From an uncultured Prevotella sp. (GTDB taxonomy: Bacteria; Bacteroidota; Bacteroidia; Bacteroidales; Bacteroidaceae): a stretch of DNA of 64,000 bases. A program made the translations under genes and the position numbers. The stretch spans positions 3,808-67,807 of the forward strand of contig UQJC01000004.1 of the NCBI GenBank assembly GCA_900541335.1, given 5' to 3'. The notes beneath the pieces were generated by a model that worked only from the letters and a program-made list of their open reading frames with translations, did no database searches and was not told the origin of the DNA. This document shows, in pieces, positions 19,483 through 29,530 of the stretch. The first letter of the stretch is position 1; each line of letters starts with the position of its first letter.

Positions 19483-20193
19483 TTAGGCGTGAACGTAGGT
19501 ACCAATGTTTTCGCCCGACAATACTTTCTTCAGATTGCCGACAACGTCCATATTGAAGACGTAGATGGGCAAAGCATTCTCACGACACATGGCGGTGGCA
19601 GTAATGTCCATCACCTTGAGGCCACGGGAAATGACTTCGTCGTAAGTAATGTCATCGAACTTGGTGGCAGTGGGGTCTTTCTCGGGGTCGGCCGTATACA
19701 CACCATCCACGCGAGTACCCTTGAGCATCACGTCGGCCTCAATCTCGATGCCACGGAGCGAAGAACCGGTGTCGGTCGTGAAATAAGGATTGCCCGTACC
19801 GCCGCTCATGATGGCCACTTCGCCGCGTTCCATCGCTTCGATGGCTTTCCACTTGCTGTAAAACTCACCGATGGGTTCCATGCGGATAGCAGTGAAAACA
19901 TGAGACTTGACGCCGATGGCACCTAAGGCTGAGCTGAGTGCGAGGGAGTTGATGACAGTGGCACACATGCCCATCTGGTCACCCTTGACCCGATCAAAAC
20001 CTTTGCCTGCACCACTCAATCCACGGAAGATGTTGCCCCCGCCAATAACGATGCCAATCTGGATGCCCATCTCCAGAGCTTCCTTGATTTGTGCCGCATA
20101 CTCATTGAGACGCTTCACGTCGATGCCGTAACCTTGTTCGCCCATGAGGCTTTCGCCGCTGAGCTTTAACAGGATGCGCTTAAACTTTGCCAT
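19483..20193 (-). CDS. pyrH: UMP kinase
   Basis: Translation from MAKFKRILLKLSGESL. The glycine-rich loop VIGGGNIFRG and overall amino-acid kinase fold motifs are present. 236 aa from the internal start at 20193. Confidence 0.9.
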   Translation of the reverse strand: MAKFKRILLKLSGESLMGEQGYGIDVKRLNEYAAQIKEALEMGIQIGIVIGGGNIFRGLSGAGKGFDRVKGDQMGMCATVINSLALSSALGAIGVKSHVFTAIRMEPIGEFYSKWKAIEAMERGEVAIMSGGTGNPYFTTDTGSSLRGIEIEADVMLKGTRVDGVYTADPEKDPTATKFDDITYDEVISRGLKVMDITATAMCRENALPIYVFNMDVVGNLKKVLSGENIGTYVHA

Positions 20194-20252
20194 ATTGATA
20201 TTGTATTGATTTGGAGTTTGTTGGAATGTACGGTCGCAAATGTACGCTTTTT

Positions 20253-21560
20253 TCATTGATTGTGATGAGCCACGGTCTGCTTTACTTTGGGATAGTAGAG
20301 AGCTTGCACCAAGCTTCGACAGCCCAGATAGGTAAGAAACGCCAACCACAAGGAGGTGTTGGCAGGGGGCAACAGGGCGTAAAGGCCGAAAAAGAGAAGG
20401 GTGGCAAGCACCATGGTGAGCAACATGTAGCGCGTTGAGGTGGTGCCAATGTATAGTCCGTCGTAGAGAAAGGCGGCAAAGCCTATAAAAGGCATGGCAC
20501 AAATGAGGCTGAGGTGGTGACTTGCCTGGGCTATGACGGAAACTTCGTCGGTCAACAACCGGAGTAACACGGAACCGCCGAAACCGTAGCCAAGGGTGAA
20601 GAGCAAGGCAAGGGCACTGCCCCAAAGCAGAAGGGAACGGTGAAGGCGGGCAAAACGAAGGGTGTCACGCGCTCCGTAATAACGTCCACCCAGTGCTTCG
20701 CCGGCATAAGCAAAACCATCCATGATGTAGGAGAAGAGAAGAAAGAATTGCATCAGCAGGGTATTGGCGGACAGGGTTAATTCGCCTTGTGCCGAACCGA
20801 ACGAAGTGAAGCTGACGGTGACGGCGATGAGACAAAGGGTGCGCAGAAAGATGTCGCGGTTGACTTGAAAAAAGGCGACAAAGGAGGCACGGTCGCGCAA
20901 CAAGGTACGCCAGGTATGAAGCGTGGGTTCGGGGCGTTCGAAGCGAGTGCGCCACAGCCAAAGGGCGAGCAGTAAACCTGCGTACTGTGCCAACAGGGTG
21001 CCGAGGGCTACGCCTTCGACCTTCCAACCGAGTACACAGACTAAAAAGAGGGAGGCAAGGATGTTGACGACGTTTTGCACAATGGCGATGAGCATAGGCA
21101 ACTTGGCTCGCTGCATTCCCAAGAACCAACCGACTAGGCTATAAAGACCAAGAACGGCTGGGGCTCCCCAAATGAGGATGCGAAAGTAGGTAGCAGCGAG
21201 TTGACGCACTTCGGGCTCGGCTGGAACGAAACAAAAGACGGTATGAAGGATGGGGACTTGAAGTACCCACAACAGTAAGGAGAAAGCACCACCCACCAAA
21301 AGGGAACGACCTAACAATCGATGGGAGGCAAGGACATCACCGGCTCCGTAGGTCTGTGCGGTAAGCCCACCCGTTCCCATACGCAGAAAACCAAAGAGCC
21401 AATAGACCATATTGAAAATCATGCCGCCCAAGGCTATGGCTGCAATGTAGGCAGGGGAACCCAAATGGCCTACAATGGCGGTATCAACCAGTGCGAGCAG
21501 GGGAACGGTTATGTTGGAAACGATGCTGGGGAGGGCTATCTGAAGGATAGAACGGTGCAT
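20253..21560 (-). CDS. MATE family efflux transporter
   Basis: 12-TM protein with the MATE N-terminal signature (ILQIALPSIVSNITVPLLALVDTAIVGHLG). Start at MHRSIL. Confidence 0.8.
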   Translation of the reverse strand: MHRSILQIALPSIVSNITVPLLALVDTAIVGHLGSPAYIAAIALGGMIFNMVYWLFGFLRMGTGGLTAQTYGAGDVLASHRLLGRSLLVGGAFSLLLWVLQVPILHTVFCFVPAEPEVRQLAATYFRILIWGAPAVLGLYSLVGWFLGMQRAKLPMLIAIVQNVVNILASLFLVCVLGWKVEGVALGTLLAQYAGLLLALWLWRTRFERPEPTLHTWRTLLRDRASFVAFFQVNRDIFLRTLCLIAVTVSFTSFGSAQGELTLSANTLLMQFFLLFSYIMDGFAYAGEALGGRYYGARDTLRFARLHRSLLLWGSALALLFTLGYGFGGSVLLRLLTDEVSVIAQASHHLSLICAMPFIGFAAFLYDGLYIGTTSTRYMLLTMVLATLLFFGLYALLPPANTSLWLAFLTYLGCRSLVQALYYPKVKQTVAHHNQ

Positions 21561-21596
21561 GGAGTTGAGACGTTGGAATGAGAGAGGCAAAGGGGA

Positions 21597-22685
21597 TTAT
21601 TGTAAGTATTCGACTTCCTTGAAATAGTATGAACGGATATTTTGACCGATATCGCGCAACAATAGCTGGCCATCGGGACGAACATCGTAAATCTCGGCAT
21701 GGAATTCTCCTTGAGCATCGCGATAAGGATGGAAACCTTGACGGCGATAGAGCTTTTGATAATAGGCTTCCTGAATGAATTCGGCCTTACCCGAAGCCAA
21801 AAGGGAGGTGTTTTTAACCCATGCTTGCAACAGATTGCGCAACACAGCAGAACGATCGACTTCCCGACCCTTCACCTTGTATAACGAGATGGGATTGGGC
21901 GCATCGCTGTGAAATTCCCGCTGGTTGACATTGATGCCGACACCAACCAAGACCTCGGTCACTTCGGAGCCACAGATTTGGGTTTCGAGCAGGAGGCCGG
22001 CTATCTTCATCGGACCGTAATAGATGTCGTTGGGCCACTTGATTTGGATATCGGAACCGCCATAACGGCTGAGAGCCTGGGCTACCGAAAGGGCAAGGGC
22101 CTCGGAGAGCAAGAAGGAATGGGAGGCGGAAACACCACGAACAGGGGTTCGGAAACTAAAGAGTAAATTCTGTCCGACGGCTGACTCCCAATGATTGCCA
22201 CGCTGACCATAACCGGCCGTTTGGAAATCGGCAGTCACCAAATGGCCGCTGACTCCCTCAGCAAGAGGTTGGGAACGCAGGTAACTGAGGGTGGAATCGA
22301 CCTCGGGTAAATGTTCATGGGTCCAACCGTCGGGAAGATCGGGGAAATAGTAGAGAGTCTTCTTCGGGAGTTTGCAACGAATCTCGTCATAAGCATGGTC
22401 GATGAGCGAATACAGAAGCTCATCGGGCAAAGTATACTGAAAGACGACATCGTTCCAATAGCGTTTGTTCCAATGCCAGGCTCCTGTTATCGAGGCATAG
22501 CGTTCACGGAGTTCAAGCGCGTAGTCGGAATTACACTTGAGGGTGATGCGGTCGGGTTTGCCAAGATTGATGGCGGCAAAGATTTTGTCGAAGAAGCGAA
22601 ACACGAGGGTTTCTTCGTCAAAGGGGAAGTCTTCGGTCACCAGGGGCTTGGACAGGCAATAGGTGCGTAATGTTTCAATATCCAT
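21597..22685 (-). CDS. birA: Fusion protein: N-terminal MmcQ/YjbR-family domain + biotin--[acetyl-CoA-carboxylase] ligase (BirA catalytic domain)
   Basis: Residues 1-~115 resemble MmcQ/YjbR (…YCLSKPLVTEDFPFDE…WHWNKRYWN…LIDHAYDEI…KLPKK). The remainder has BirA motifs (TADFQTAGYGQRGNHWES, KWPNDIY, KIAGLLLE). It is a single uninterrupted ORF. Confidence 0.7.
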   Translation of the reverse strand: MDIETLRTYCLSKPLVTEDFPFDEETLVFRFFDKIFAAINLGKPDRITLKCNSDYALELRERYASITGAWHWNKRYWNDVVFQYTLPDELLYSLIDHAYDEIRCKLPKKTLYYFPDLPDGWTHEHLPEVDSTLSYLRSQPLAEGVSGHLVTADFQTAGYGQRGNHWESAVGQNLLFSFRTPVRGVSASHSFLLSEALALSVAQALSRYGGSDIQIKWPNDIYYGPMKIAGLLLETQICGSEVTEVLVGVGINVNQREFHSDAPNPISLYKVKGREVDRSAVLRNLLQAWVKNTSLLASGKAEFIQEAYYQKLYRRQGFHPYRDAQGEFHAEIYDVRPDGQLLLRDIGQNIRSYYFKEVEYLQ

Positions 22686-22699
22686 CGTCAGAGAAAAAA

Positions 22700-22745
22700 G
22701 TAAAAGAGAGGAAGGAAGGGCAAAGAAGCCTTTCCTTCCTACAAT
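22700..22745 (-). terminator. Probable terminator downstream of yraN (minus strand)
   Basis: Imperfect hairpin AGGAAGGAAGGG…TTTCCTTCCT. A T-rich tract follows on the minus strand. Confidence 0.35.
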
Positions 22746-22875
22746 AAGTAAAATGGTAACGATTCATGCGCCATGAAAGCGTGGTGGGGGAAACCGTTGA
22801 AGTTTGGAGTTCCTGCGGCAGAAACCAACCATTGAGCTTCTCAACGCTTGAATCGGCATTTTTAAAGTGAGGCTC

Positions 22876-23244
22876 TCAATAGTCACGCTCGGTGAACGCT
22901 GCGGGATAGTGTTTAAGCTCAAAGGATTGGGCTGAACCGACAATCGTCACAAGGTCGTAACGGAAGGGGAAGTCCCACAAACGATATTCATAGAGAAACT
23001 CGTGGGCAGCAGCAATCATGTTTTCTCTTTTGCTGCGGTTAAGGGCTTCGGCAGCCGGAGCAAAGTCTTCGTTCGAACGAGTCTTGACCTCAACAAAGAC
23101 GGTTTCGCCCCAGCGAGTAGCAATGATGTCGAGTTCGAGGTGGGATTTGCGCCAATTGGTTTGCAATATCTGGTAACCGTGCTCCAGAAGGTAGAGCTGG
23201 GCTTGCCTCTCGCCCCAGGCACCCAAATCGTTGTGTTCCGCCAT
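22876..23244 (-). CDS. yraN: YraN family (UPF0102) endonuclease
   Basis: 122 aa. GE…YL…GY…NWR…ELDII… matches the UPF0102 family. It is 3 nt downstream of tadA. Confidence 0.8.
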   Translation of the reverse strand: MAEHNDLGAWGERQAQLYLLEHGYQILQTNWRKSHLELDIIATRWGETVFVEVKTRSNEDFAPAAEALNRSKRENMIAAAHEFLYEYRLWDFPFRYDLVTIVGSAQSFELKHYPAAFTERDY

Positions 23245-23247
23245 CTG

Positions 23248-23682
23248 TTACCCTCGTTTTTTCTTGAAGAAGTCCTTCATGAGGGCTGCACATTCCGCTT
23301 CGAGTACTCCACTGACCACTTCGGTCTTAGGATGAAGAGCCTGAGGAGCAAAGCGGGCAAAGCCGCGCTTCACATCGGGAGCTCCGTAAACTACACGCCC
23401 CATTTGGGACCAACCGATAGCCCCGGCACACATGATGCAAGGCTCAACGGTGACGTAGAGGGTGCAGACATCCAGGTATTTCCCGTTGAGGGTATCGGCG
23501 GCTGCGGTGATGGCCTGCATTTCTGCGTGGGCCGTCACGTCGTGCAAGGTTTCGGTCAGATTGTGTGCCCGCGCAATAATGCGATCGCGACACACAATAA
23601 CTGCACCTACGGGAACTTCGTCTTTGTCAAAAGCGATACGTGCCTGTTCGAGGGCGCGCTGCATGTAATATTCATCAGTCAT
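23248..23682 (-). CDS. tadA: tRNA-specific adenosine deaminase
   Basis: CDA zinc motifs HAEMQAI and PCIMCAGA. 144 aa. Confidence 0.9.
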   Translation of the reverse strand: MTDEYYMQRALEQARIAFDKDEVPVGAVIVCRDRIIARAHNLTETLHDVTAHAEMQAITAAADTLNGKYLDVCTLYVTVEPCIMCAGAIGWSQMGRVVYGAPDVKRGFARFAPQALHPKTEVVSGVLEAECAALMKDFFKKKRG

Positions 23683-23753
23683 AACAAGGAGACAGGAGAA
23701 AAGGAGATGTAGAACAACGGAGACGGAGGAAATAAGAACTTAAAAAGGACAAT

Positions 23754-25874
23754 TTAGGAAGGAAGCAACTTGAGAGCTACACGTCCGCGCTCGTCATCAA
23801 TGTCGAGCACACGCACCATAACCTGTTGCTGAATGTGGACAATCTCAGCCGGGTCTTTGACATAATGGTCGGCCATTTGGGAAACGTGAATGAGCCCCTT
23901 GACCTTGATGCCCATGTCGACAAAACAACCGAACTTGGTGATATTGGTCACGATGCCGGGTACTTCCATGCCTTCGCGCAGGTCGTCTAACGTATGGAGA
24001 TTCTCCGCAAAGCTGAAGACTTCGGCCTTACCGCGCGGGTCGCGTCCGGGTTTAGCCAACTCAGCCATGATATCGGTCAGAGTGGGCAGTCCGACTTCTT
24101 TGTCACAATAACGCTGAAGGTCAATCTTCTGGCGCATCTCCTGGGAATCAATCAAAGTCTGTACGTCACAGCCCGCATCCTTTGCCATACGTTCGACAAG
24201 CGCGTAACGCTCGGGATGAACTGCGGTATTGTCCAAGGGATGGGCGGCACCAGGAATGCGAAGGAAACCGGCACACTGTTCGAAGGCCTTGGCTCCCAAA
24301 CGGGGCACTTTGAGCAATTGTTTGCGCGAAGCAAAGGCTCCGTTTTCGGCACGGAAGTCGACTATATTTTGAGCCAGAGCTGGTCCCAGTCCTGAAACGT
24401 AAGTCAGCAAATGCTTGGAAGCTGTGTTAAGGTTGACACCCACGGTATTGACACAACTTTCGACGGTGAGATCGAGCGACTTCTTGAGTTCAGCTTGGTC
24501 GACATCGTGTTGGTACTGCCCTACCCCGATGGCCTTCGGGTCGATTTTGACCAATTCGGCCAGTGGGTCAGCCAAACGACGACCAATGCTGACAGCTCCG
24601 CGCACGGTCACATCGTAATCGGGAAATTCTTCGCGGGCTAACTTCGATGCTGAATAGACGGAGGCACCGTCTTCGCTGACCAGGAAGACATCTACGTTTT
24701 TCAAATGAAGGGATTTGACGAGTTCTTCCGTTTCACGGCCTGCCGTACCGTTACCGATGGCAACGGCTTCGATATGATATTGTTCGACCAGACTGTTGAG
24801 CTTGAATCCGGCGCGGGCATACTGGCTCTGGGGCGGATGAGGAAAGATGGTTTCGTTGTGCAACAAATTTCCCTGGGCATCGAGGCACACGACCTTACAA
24901 CCCGTACGGAAACCGGGGTCTATGCCCATGATGCGCTTTTCACCCAATGGAGCCGCAAGCAATAACTGCTTCAGGTTGTCGGCAAAAACACGGATAGCTT
25001 CTTCGTCGGCCTTGCCCTTGGAAGAACCGGAAAACTCTGTCTCAATGCTAGGCTTGAGCAAACGCTTGTAAGCATCGGCAACGGCCATTTCGACTTGACG
25101 GGCGGCAGGGGTACCGGGTTTTACATAGGGACGTTCCACGCGCTGCAAACAATCGTCTTCGTCGGCTGGCACGATGGTGACACGCAGGTAGCCTTCGGCT
25201 TCACCGCGACGCATGGCCAACAGGCGGTGGGAGGTGCAACGGCGTAAGGGTTCTTCCCAATCGAAGTAATCACGATACTTACCAGCCTCAACTTCCTTTG
25301 ACTTGACTACCTTGGAACGGATGAGGGCGGTACGTTCAAAGGAACGGCGAACCGTCTGGCGGCTACGTTCGTCTTCATTGATTTGCTCGGCCAAAATGTC
25401 ACGCGCTCCCTGCAAGGCATCGTCGACACTGCTGACTTCACCCTTGACAAACTTGACTGCAAGCTTTTCGGGGTCTTGATGGGGTTGCATCAGGAGGGTT
25501 AAGGCGAGCGGCTCCAAGCCACGCTTACGAGCCACTTCGGCGCGAGTCTTGCGCTTGGGCTTAAAGGGCAGATAGAGGTCCTCTAGAACTGTGGCATCCC
25601 AGCAGTCGGCGATGCGCAGACGCAAGTCGTCGGTCAGCTTGCCTTGCTCTTCAATGGTCTGAAGGATGTAATCGCGTCGGTGAACAAGTTCTTCGAGGCG
25701 GGCATGTTCCTCCTTGACTTGGGAAACCTGCACTTCGTTTAAGCCACCTGTAGCTTCCTTACGATAACGGCTGACAAAGGGAATGGTAGCGCCAGTTGTG
25801 AGCAACTGAACGGTATTCTCAACTTGCTTCGCACGCAAATTGAGTTTTTTGGCAATGAGATCGATTATTTTCAT
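23754..25874 (-). CDS. tex: Tex-like transcription accessory protein (HhH, YqgF/RNase H-like, S1 domains)
   Basis: 706 aa. The N-terminus MKIIDLIAKKLNLRAKQVENTVQLL…PFVSRYRKE is canonical Tex. C-terminal S1 domain. Confidence 0.9.
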   Translation of the reverse strand: MKIIDLIAKKLNLRAKQVENTVQLLTTGATIPFVSRYRKEATGGLNEVQVSQVKEEHARLEELVHRRDYILQTIEEQGKLTDDLRLRIADCWDATVLEDLYLPFKPKRKTRAEVARKRGLEPLALTLLMQPHQDPEKLAVKFVKGEVSSVDDALQGARDILAEQINEDERSRQTVRRSFERTALIRSKVVKSKEVEAGKYRDYFDWEEPLRRCTSHRLLAMRRGEAEGYLRVTIVPADEDDCLQRVERPYVKPGTPAARQVEMAVADAYKRLLKPSIETEFSGSSKGKADEEAIRVFADNLKQLLLAAPLGEKRIMGIDPGFRTGCKVVCLDAQGNLLHNETIFPHPPQSQYARAGFKLNSLVEQYHIEAVAIGNGTAGRETEELVKSLHLKNVDVFLVSEDGASVYSASKLAREEFPDYDVTVRGAVSIGRRLADPLAELVKIDPKAIGVGQYQHDVDQAELKKSLDLTVESCVNTVGVNLNTASKHLLTYVSGLGPALAQNIVDFRAENGAFASRKQLLKVPRLGAKAFEQCAGFLRIPGAAHPLDNTAVHPERYALVERMAKDAGCDVQTLIDSQEMRQKIDLQRYCDKEVGLPTLTDIMAELAKPGRDPRGKAEVFSFAENLHTLDDLREGMEVPGIVTNITKFGCFVDMGIKVKGLIHVSQMADHYVKDPAEIVHIQQQVMVRVLDIDDERGRVALKLLPS

Positions 25875-26201
25875 CGAGAGAAATGATTGGAAAAAGATAG
25901 GATGCTGAAAACAACAAGGGCAAAGGACTTATCGTCGCATGAACACAACGCAATAAAGAAGCCCAATGCCGTCTGAGCAGGCAAATGTAACCAAACTCAC
26001 CCGAATAAGCCCGACGGGGATTCTAATAATCGCATGAAGCGAGAGTGATAGGTCGATTTTACAACTGACGGACGACATTTTGTAAGCAAAACACAATAAA
26101 TCTTAGGATGGAAAAGGGCATTGAACTAACCTTATGCTATTCGCTGGAAAAATTGTACTTTCGCCCCCCGAATAAAAACAAGTTCTATAAATATTCGCTC
26201 T

Positions 26202-26486
26202 ATGTTTACTGTCGTATTCATTGCCGCCGCAGGTATTGCGACGGGTTACGTATTGCGCCGCCTCAAGTGGTTGCATCACGTCAACACCACTATCACCCTC
26301 ACCATTTGCTTTATGCTCTTTGTGTTGGGACTTTCTGTGGGCGAGAACCGTCAGATAGTGCAAAATCTATGGCACTTTGGCGGTCAAGCCATCATTATTA
26401 GCTTCGCAAGCATTATGGGTAGTCTGCTCGGAGCCTGGATTGTGTACCGCCTGCTTAACTCAAAGAACAAGGAGGTAAAGGAATGA
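26202..26486 (+). CDS. LysO-family (DUF340) membrane protein, small subunit
   Basis: 94-aa membrane protein with 3 TM helices. Its stop overlaps the next DUF340 gene (ATGA). Confidence 0.65.
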   Translation: MFTVVFIAAAGIATGYVLRRLKWLHHVNTTITLTICFMLFVLGLSVGENRQIVQNLWHFGGQAIIISFASIMGSLLGAWIVYRLLNSKNKEVKE

Positions 26487-27103
26487 AGCAAAGTCTCTTT
26501 GTCGTCATGATGTTTGTCGTAGGCTGTGTGGTTGGTGCCTGGTTCGAACTCGACTGGGAGCTTCACGATGTGTCCATGTACATTCTCTACGTGCTGATGT
26601 TCCAAGTTGGTATCAGTGTGGGATGTAGCGACAATCTGAAGGCGGTGTTGAGCCATTGCCGGCCCAAAATGTTGCTTCTCCCGTTGGCTACAGTCACGGG
26701 CACACTTATTTTCGCTGCCCTCATCAGTTTCGTACTGGCACGTTGGAACGTATTCGACTGCATGGCTGTGGGAAGTGGTCTGGGTTACTACTCACTCTCG
26801 TCTATCCTGATTACGCAACTCAAGATGGACACGCTGGGCGAACAATTAGCCACGGAGTTGGGTGCCATTGCCTTGCTTGCCAACATCTGCCGCGAATTGT
26901 TAGCTTTGACGCTGGCTCCGTTCTTCCGCCGCCATTTCGGTCCGTATGCACCGATTTCGGCTGCCGGAGTAACCAGCATCGATGTGGCACTGCCTGCCAT
27001 TGCCCGCTACTCAGGCAAGGAGTTTGTACCGATAGCTATCTTCCATGGTATGTTGCTCGACCTGAGTGTCCCCCTCATTCTTCCGTTCCTCTGCGAATTT
27101 TAA
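26483..27103 (+). CDS. LysO-family (DUF340) membrane protein, large subunit (putative lysine exporter)
   Basis: 206-aa polytopic membrane protein. A split DUF340 pair is typical of Bacteroidetes. Confidence 0.65.
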   Translation: MKQSLFVVMMFVVGCVVGAWFELDWELHDVSMYILYVLMFQVGISVGCSDNLKAVLSHCRPKMLLLPLATVTGTLIFAALISFVLARWNVFDCMAVGSGLGYYSLSSILITQLKMDTLGEQLATELGAIALLANICRELLALTLAPFFRRHFGPYAPISAAGVTSIDVALPAIARYSGKEFVPIAIFHGMLLDLSVPLILPFLCEF

Positions 27104-27164
27104 CCAACGAGGAGCCCCTCCTTCTCTCTGGAGAGGACTACTCCATTCACTGACATTCTCCTAA

Positions 27165-27217
27165 ACGATTTCGCCGTTGCTGGGCTTCATTCCCCAGCAA
27201 CGGCGATTTGCTTTTGA
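27165..27217 (+). terminator. Rho-independent terminator after DUF340 pair
   Basis: 13-bp stem CGCCGTTGCTGGG/CCCAGCAACGGCG followed by ATTTGCTTTTG. Confidence 0.6.
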
Positions 27218-27443
27218 AAAGCTTCCTTCGAATATGATGGCAACATGCAAGCCTCATCCTAACCTCACCCCTATCTTGGTAGCACCATACAGCCCCATAG
27301 AGCGACATCGTAACAAGAGGCACATCCTGATGGATGACCATACCTGCAGCTGTTGAGCTTTGGCACAAAAAGAAGACCGTCCACCTACTCCCTACAGGAA
27401 TAGGCGAACGGTCTTTTATACTAAATCAAGGTGTCTGAACAGC

Positions 27444-28631
27444 TTACTTCAGCTTGCTGACAGCTTCCTTGATGCGGCGAAGTGCCTCTACGATGTTTTC
27501 ATCGCTGGTAGCATAGCTCATACGGAAACATTCGGGGGAACCGAAAGCGTCACCACCTACCGTAGCTACATGGCCAACCTCCAACAGATAGAGGGCGAAG
27601 TCCATGGAATTGTTGATGGTACGGGTACCGTCGGTCTTACCAAAGTAATAGCTGCACTTGGGGAAGAGATAGAAGGCACCGTGCGGGTCATTTACTTCGA
27701 AGCCCGGTACTTCCTTAGCAAGCTTGACAATGAGTTCCTTGCGACGCTCAAAAGCCTGGCGCATGGTTTCTACACACTCCTGAGGACCAGCAAAGGCCTC
27801 GGTAGCAGCTACCTGACTTACAGAGCAAGGACCACTGGTGTACTGACCCTGCAACTTATTGCAAGCCTTGGCAATGGCAACGGGGGCGGCAATGAAGCCA
27901 ATACGCCAACCAGTCATGGCATAGGCCTTAGACACGCCATTGATGACAACTGTACGTTCCTTCATACCTTCGCAAGAAGCAATCGAAGCGTGTGCACCTA
28001 CGTAGTTGATGTGCTCGTAGATTTCGTCACTGAGAATAATCACCTGTTCGTGCTTGCGGAGTACGGCAGCCAGTGCTTCGAGTTCAGCTGCACTGTAAAC
28101 CGACCCCGTCGGATTGCTCGGCGAGCAAAGGATAAGGGCTTTGGTCTTGGGCGTAATGGCAGCTTCAAGCTGTTCGGGGGTGATTTTGAAGTCCTGCTCA
28201 ATTCCGGCTTCTACAATCACAGGCTTACCATCAGCCATCAACACCATTTGGGGATAGCTAACCCAGTAAGGAGCGGGAATAATCACTTCTTCACCGGGTG
28301 AAACGAGGGCCATCAGGGCATTGCAGACACTCTGCTTCGCACCATTGGAACAAACGATTTCATCAACGGCATACTCGAGACCGTTCTCGCGGCGAAGCTT
28401 CTCCACGATAGCCTTGCGCAGGGCGGGATAGCCGGGCACGGGGGAATAGCGAGAATAGTTGTCGTCGACGGCTTTCTTGGCAGCCTCTTTAATGTGGTCG
28501 GGCGTGTTGAAGTCGGGTTCGCCCACAGAGAGGTTGATGATGTCTACGCCCTGTGCTTTGAGTTCGGCACTCTTCTGGGACATAGCGAGCGTGGCTGAGG
28601 GAGCCAGGCGATTTACGAGAGATGAAAGCAT
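27444..28631 (-). CDS. Class I PLP-dependent aminotransferase (aspartate aminotransferase-like)
   Basis: 395 aa. The N-terminal motifs INLSVGEPDF and NYSRYSPVPG and a PLP-lysine region are present. AspC/AspB-like. Confidence 0.85.
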   Translation of the reverse strand: MLSSLVNRLAPSATLAMSQKSAELKAQGVDIINLSVGEPDFNTPDHIKEAAKKAVDDNYSRYSPVPGYPALRKAIVEKLRRENGLEYAVDEIVCSNGAKQSVCNALMALVSPGEEVIIPAPYWVSYPQMVLMADGKPVIVEAGIEQDFKITPEQLEAAITPKTKALILCSPSNPTGSVYSAAELEALAAVLRKHEQVIILSDEIYEHINYVGAHASIASCEGMKERTVVINGVSKAYAMTGWRIGFIAAPVAIAKACNKLQGQYTSGPCSVSQVAATEAFAGPQECVETMRQAFERRKELIVKLAKEVPGFEVNDPHGAFYLFPKCSYYFGKTDGTRTINNSMDFALYLLEVGHVATVGGDAFGSPECFRMSYATSDENIVEALRRIKEAVSKLK

Positions 28632-28711
28632 AAATGTTTAGTTTGTTAGTAAGACCGGCACCCGAGGACTAAGTTTCCCTGGTGCGCACCGTGTACCGAC
28701 CTTGAGGTTGT

Positions 28712-29428
28712 TTATTCATTACGATTACCGAAAATGCGGAGGAGGTAGAGGAAGAGGTTGATGAAGTCAAGGTAAAGTGACAAACTGCACAGAAGGGCAA
28801 TCTTCAACACATTGCTATCCCCCATATGTTCACTCTGTTGGAGGATTTCCTTCATCTTTTGCGTGTCGTAAGCAGTCAAACCACAGAAGATGAACACGCC
28901 GATGTAAGTCAAAGCCCAACCGATGATGGAGCTGGCAACGAAAATATTGACTAAGGTGGCAATAATCAAACCGACTAAAGCCATCATCAAGAATCGTCCC
29001 CAACTTGAAAGGTCACGCTTTATAAACAGACCGACCAAACTCATGGCCCCAAAAGTGCCTGCAGTGACAAAGAAGGTCGAAGCGATGCTTTCTGCTGTAT
29101 AGGCAAGCAACACGACCGAGAGCGTGGCACCGTTGAGAATGGAATAAAGAGCAAAGAGAATGCCAGCCATGGGGAAGGACATCTTCAGAATGCGGGCTGA
29201 AAGAAACATCACTACGGCAAGCTCGCCGATGATGAGTCCCCAGAATACAATAGGATTGCCAACAATCGAAAACAATAAGGACTCATTGCGCGCCACATAA
29301 AGGGCAGTGAGACCAGTCATGGCCAATGCAAGAGTCATCCAAAGATAGACCTTGGATATCAAAGCTGGAAAAGCGGTGACAGAACGACGCTCATCAACGC
29401 TGGGATCATAACCATAAATGTTTGACAT
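28712..29428 (-). CDS. Bax inhibitor-1/YccA family membrane protein
   Basis: 238 aa with 7 TM helices. BI-1 family N-terminal and C-terminal patterns. Confidence 0.75.
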   Translation of the reverse strand: MSNIYGYDPSVDERRSVTAFPALISKVYLWMTLALAMTGLTALYVARNESLLFSIVGNPIVFWGLIIGELAVVMFLSARILKMSFPMAGILFALYSILNGATLSVVLLAYTAESIASTFFVTAGTFGAMSLVGLFIKRDLSSWGRFLMMALVGLIIATLVNIFVASSIIGWALTYIGVFIFCGLTAYDTQKMKEILQQSEHMGDSNVLKIALLCSLSLYLDFINLFLYLLRIFGNRNE

Positions 29429-29530
29429 AGGAATATGTGATTAAGTGGGTTAATAATCGCGAGGGTTGTCGGGCATAACAGGATGATTACCTATACCCCA
29501 ACAATACCCGCCCCGAATGCAAAAGAAGTA

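Noticed and set aside
25875-26201. Lysine riboswitch in the leader of the LysO-family (DUF340) pair
   Set aside because: No conserved lysine-box helices or motifs are recognisable in the 330-bp divergent intergenic region. It is more likely an ordinary divergent promoter region for tex and the DUF340 genes.
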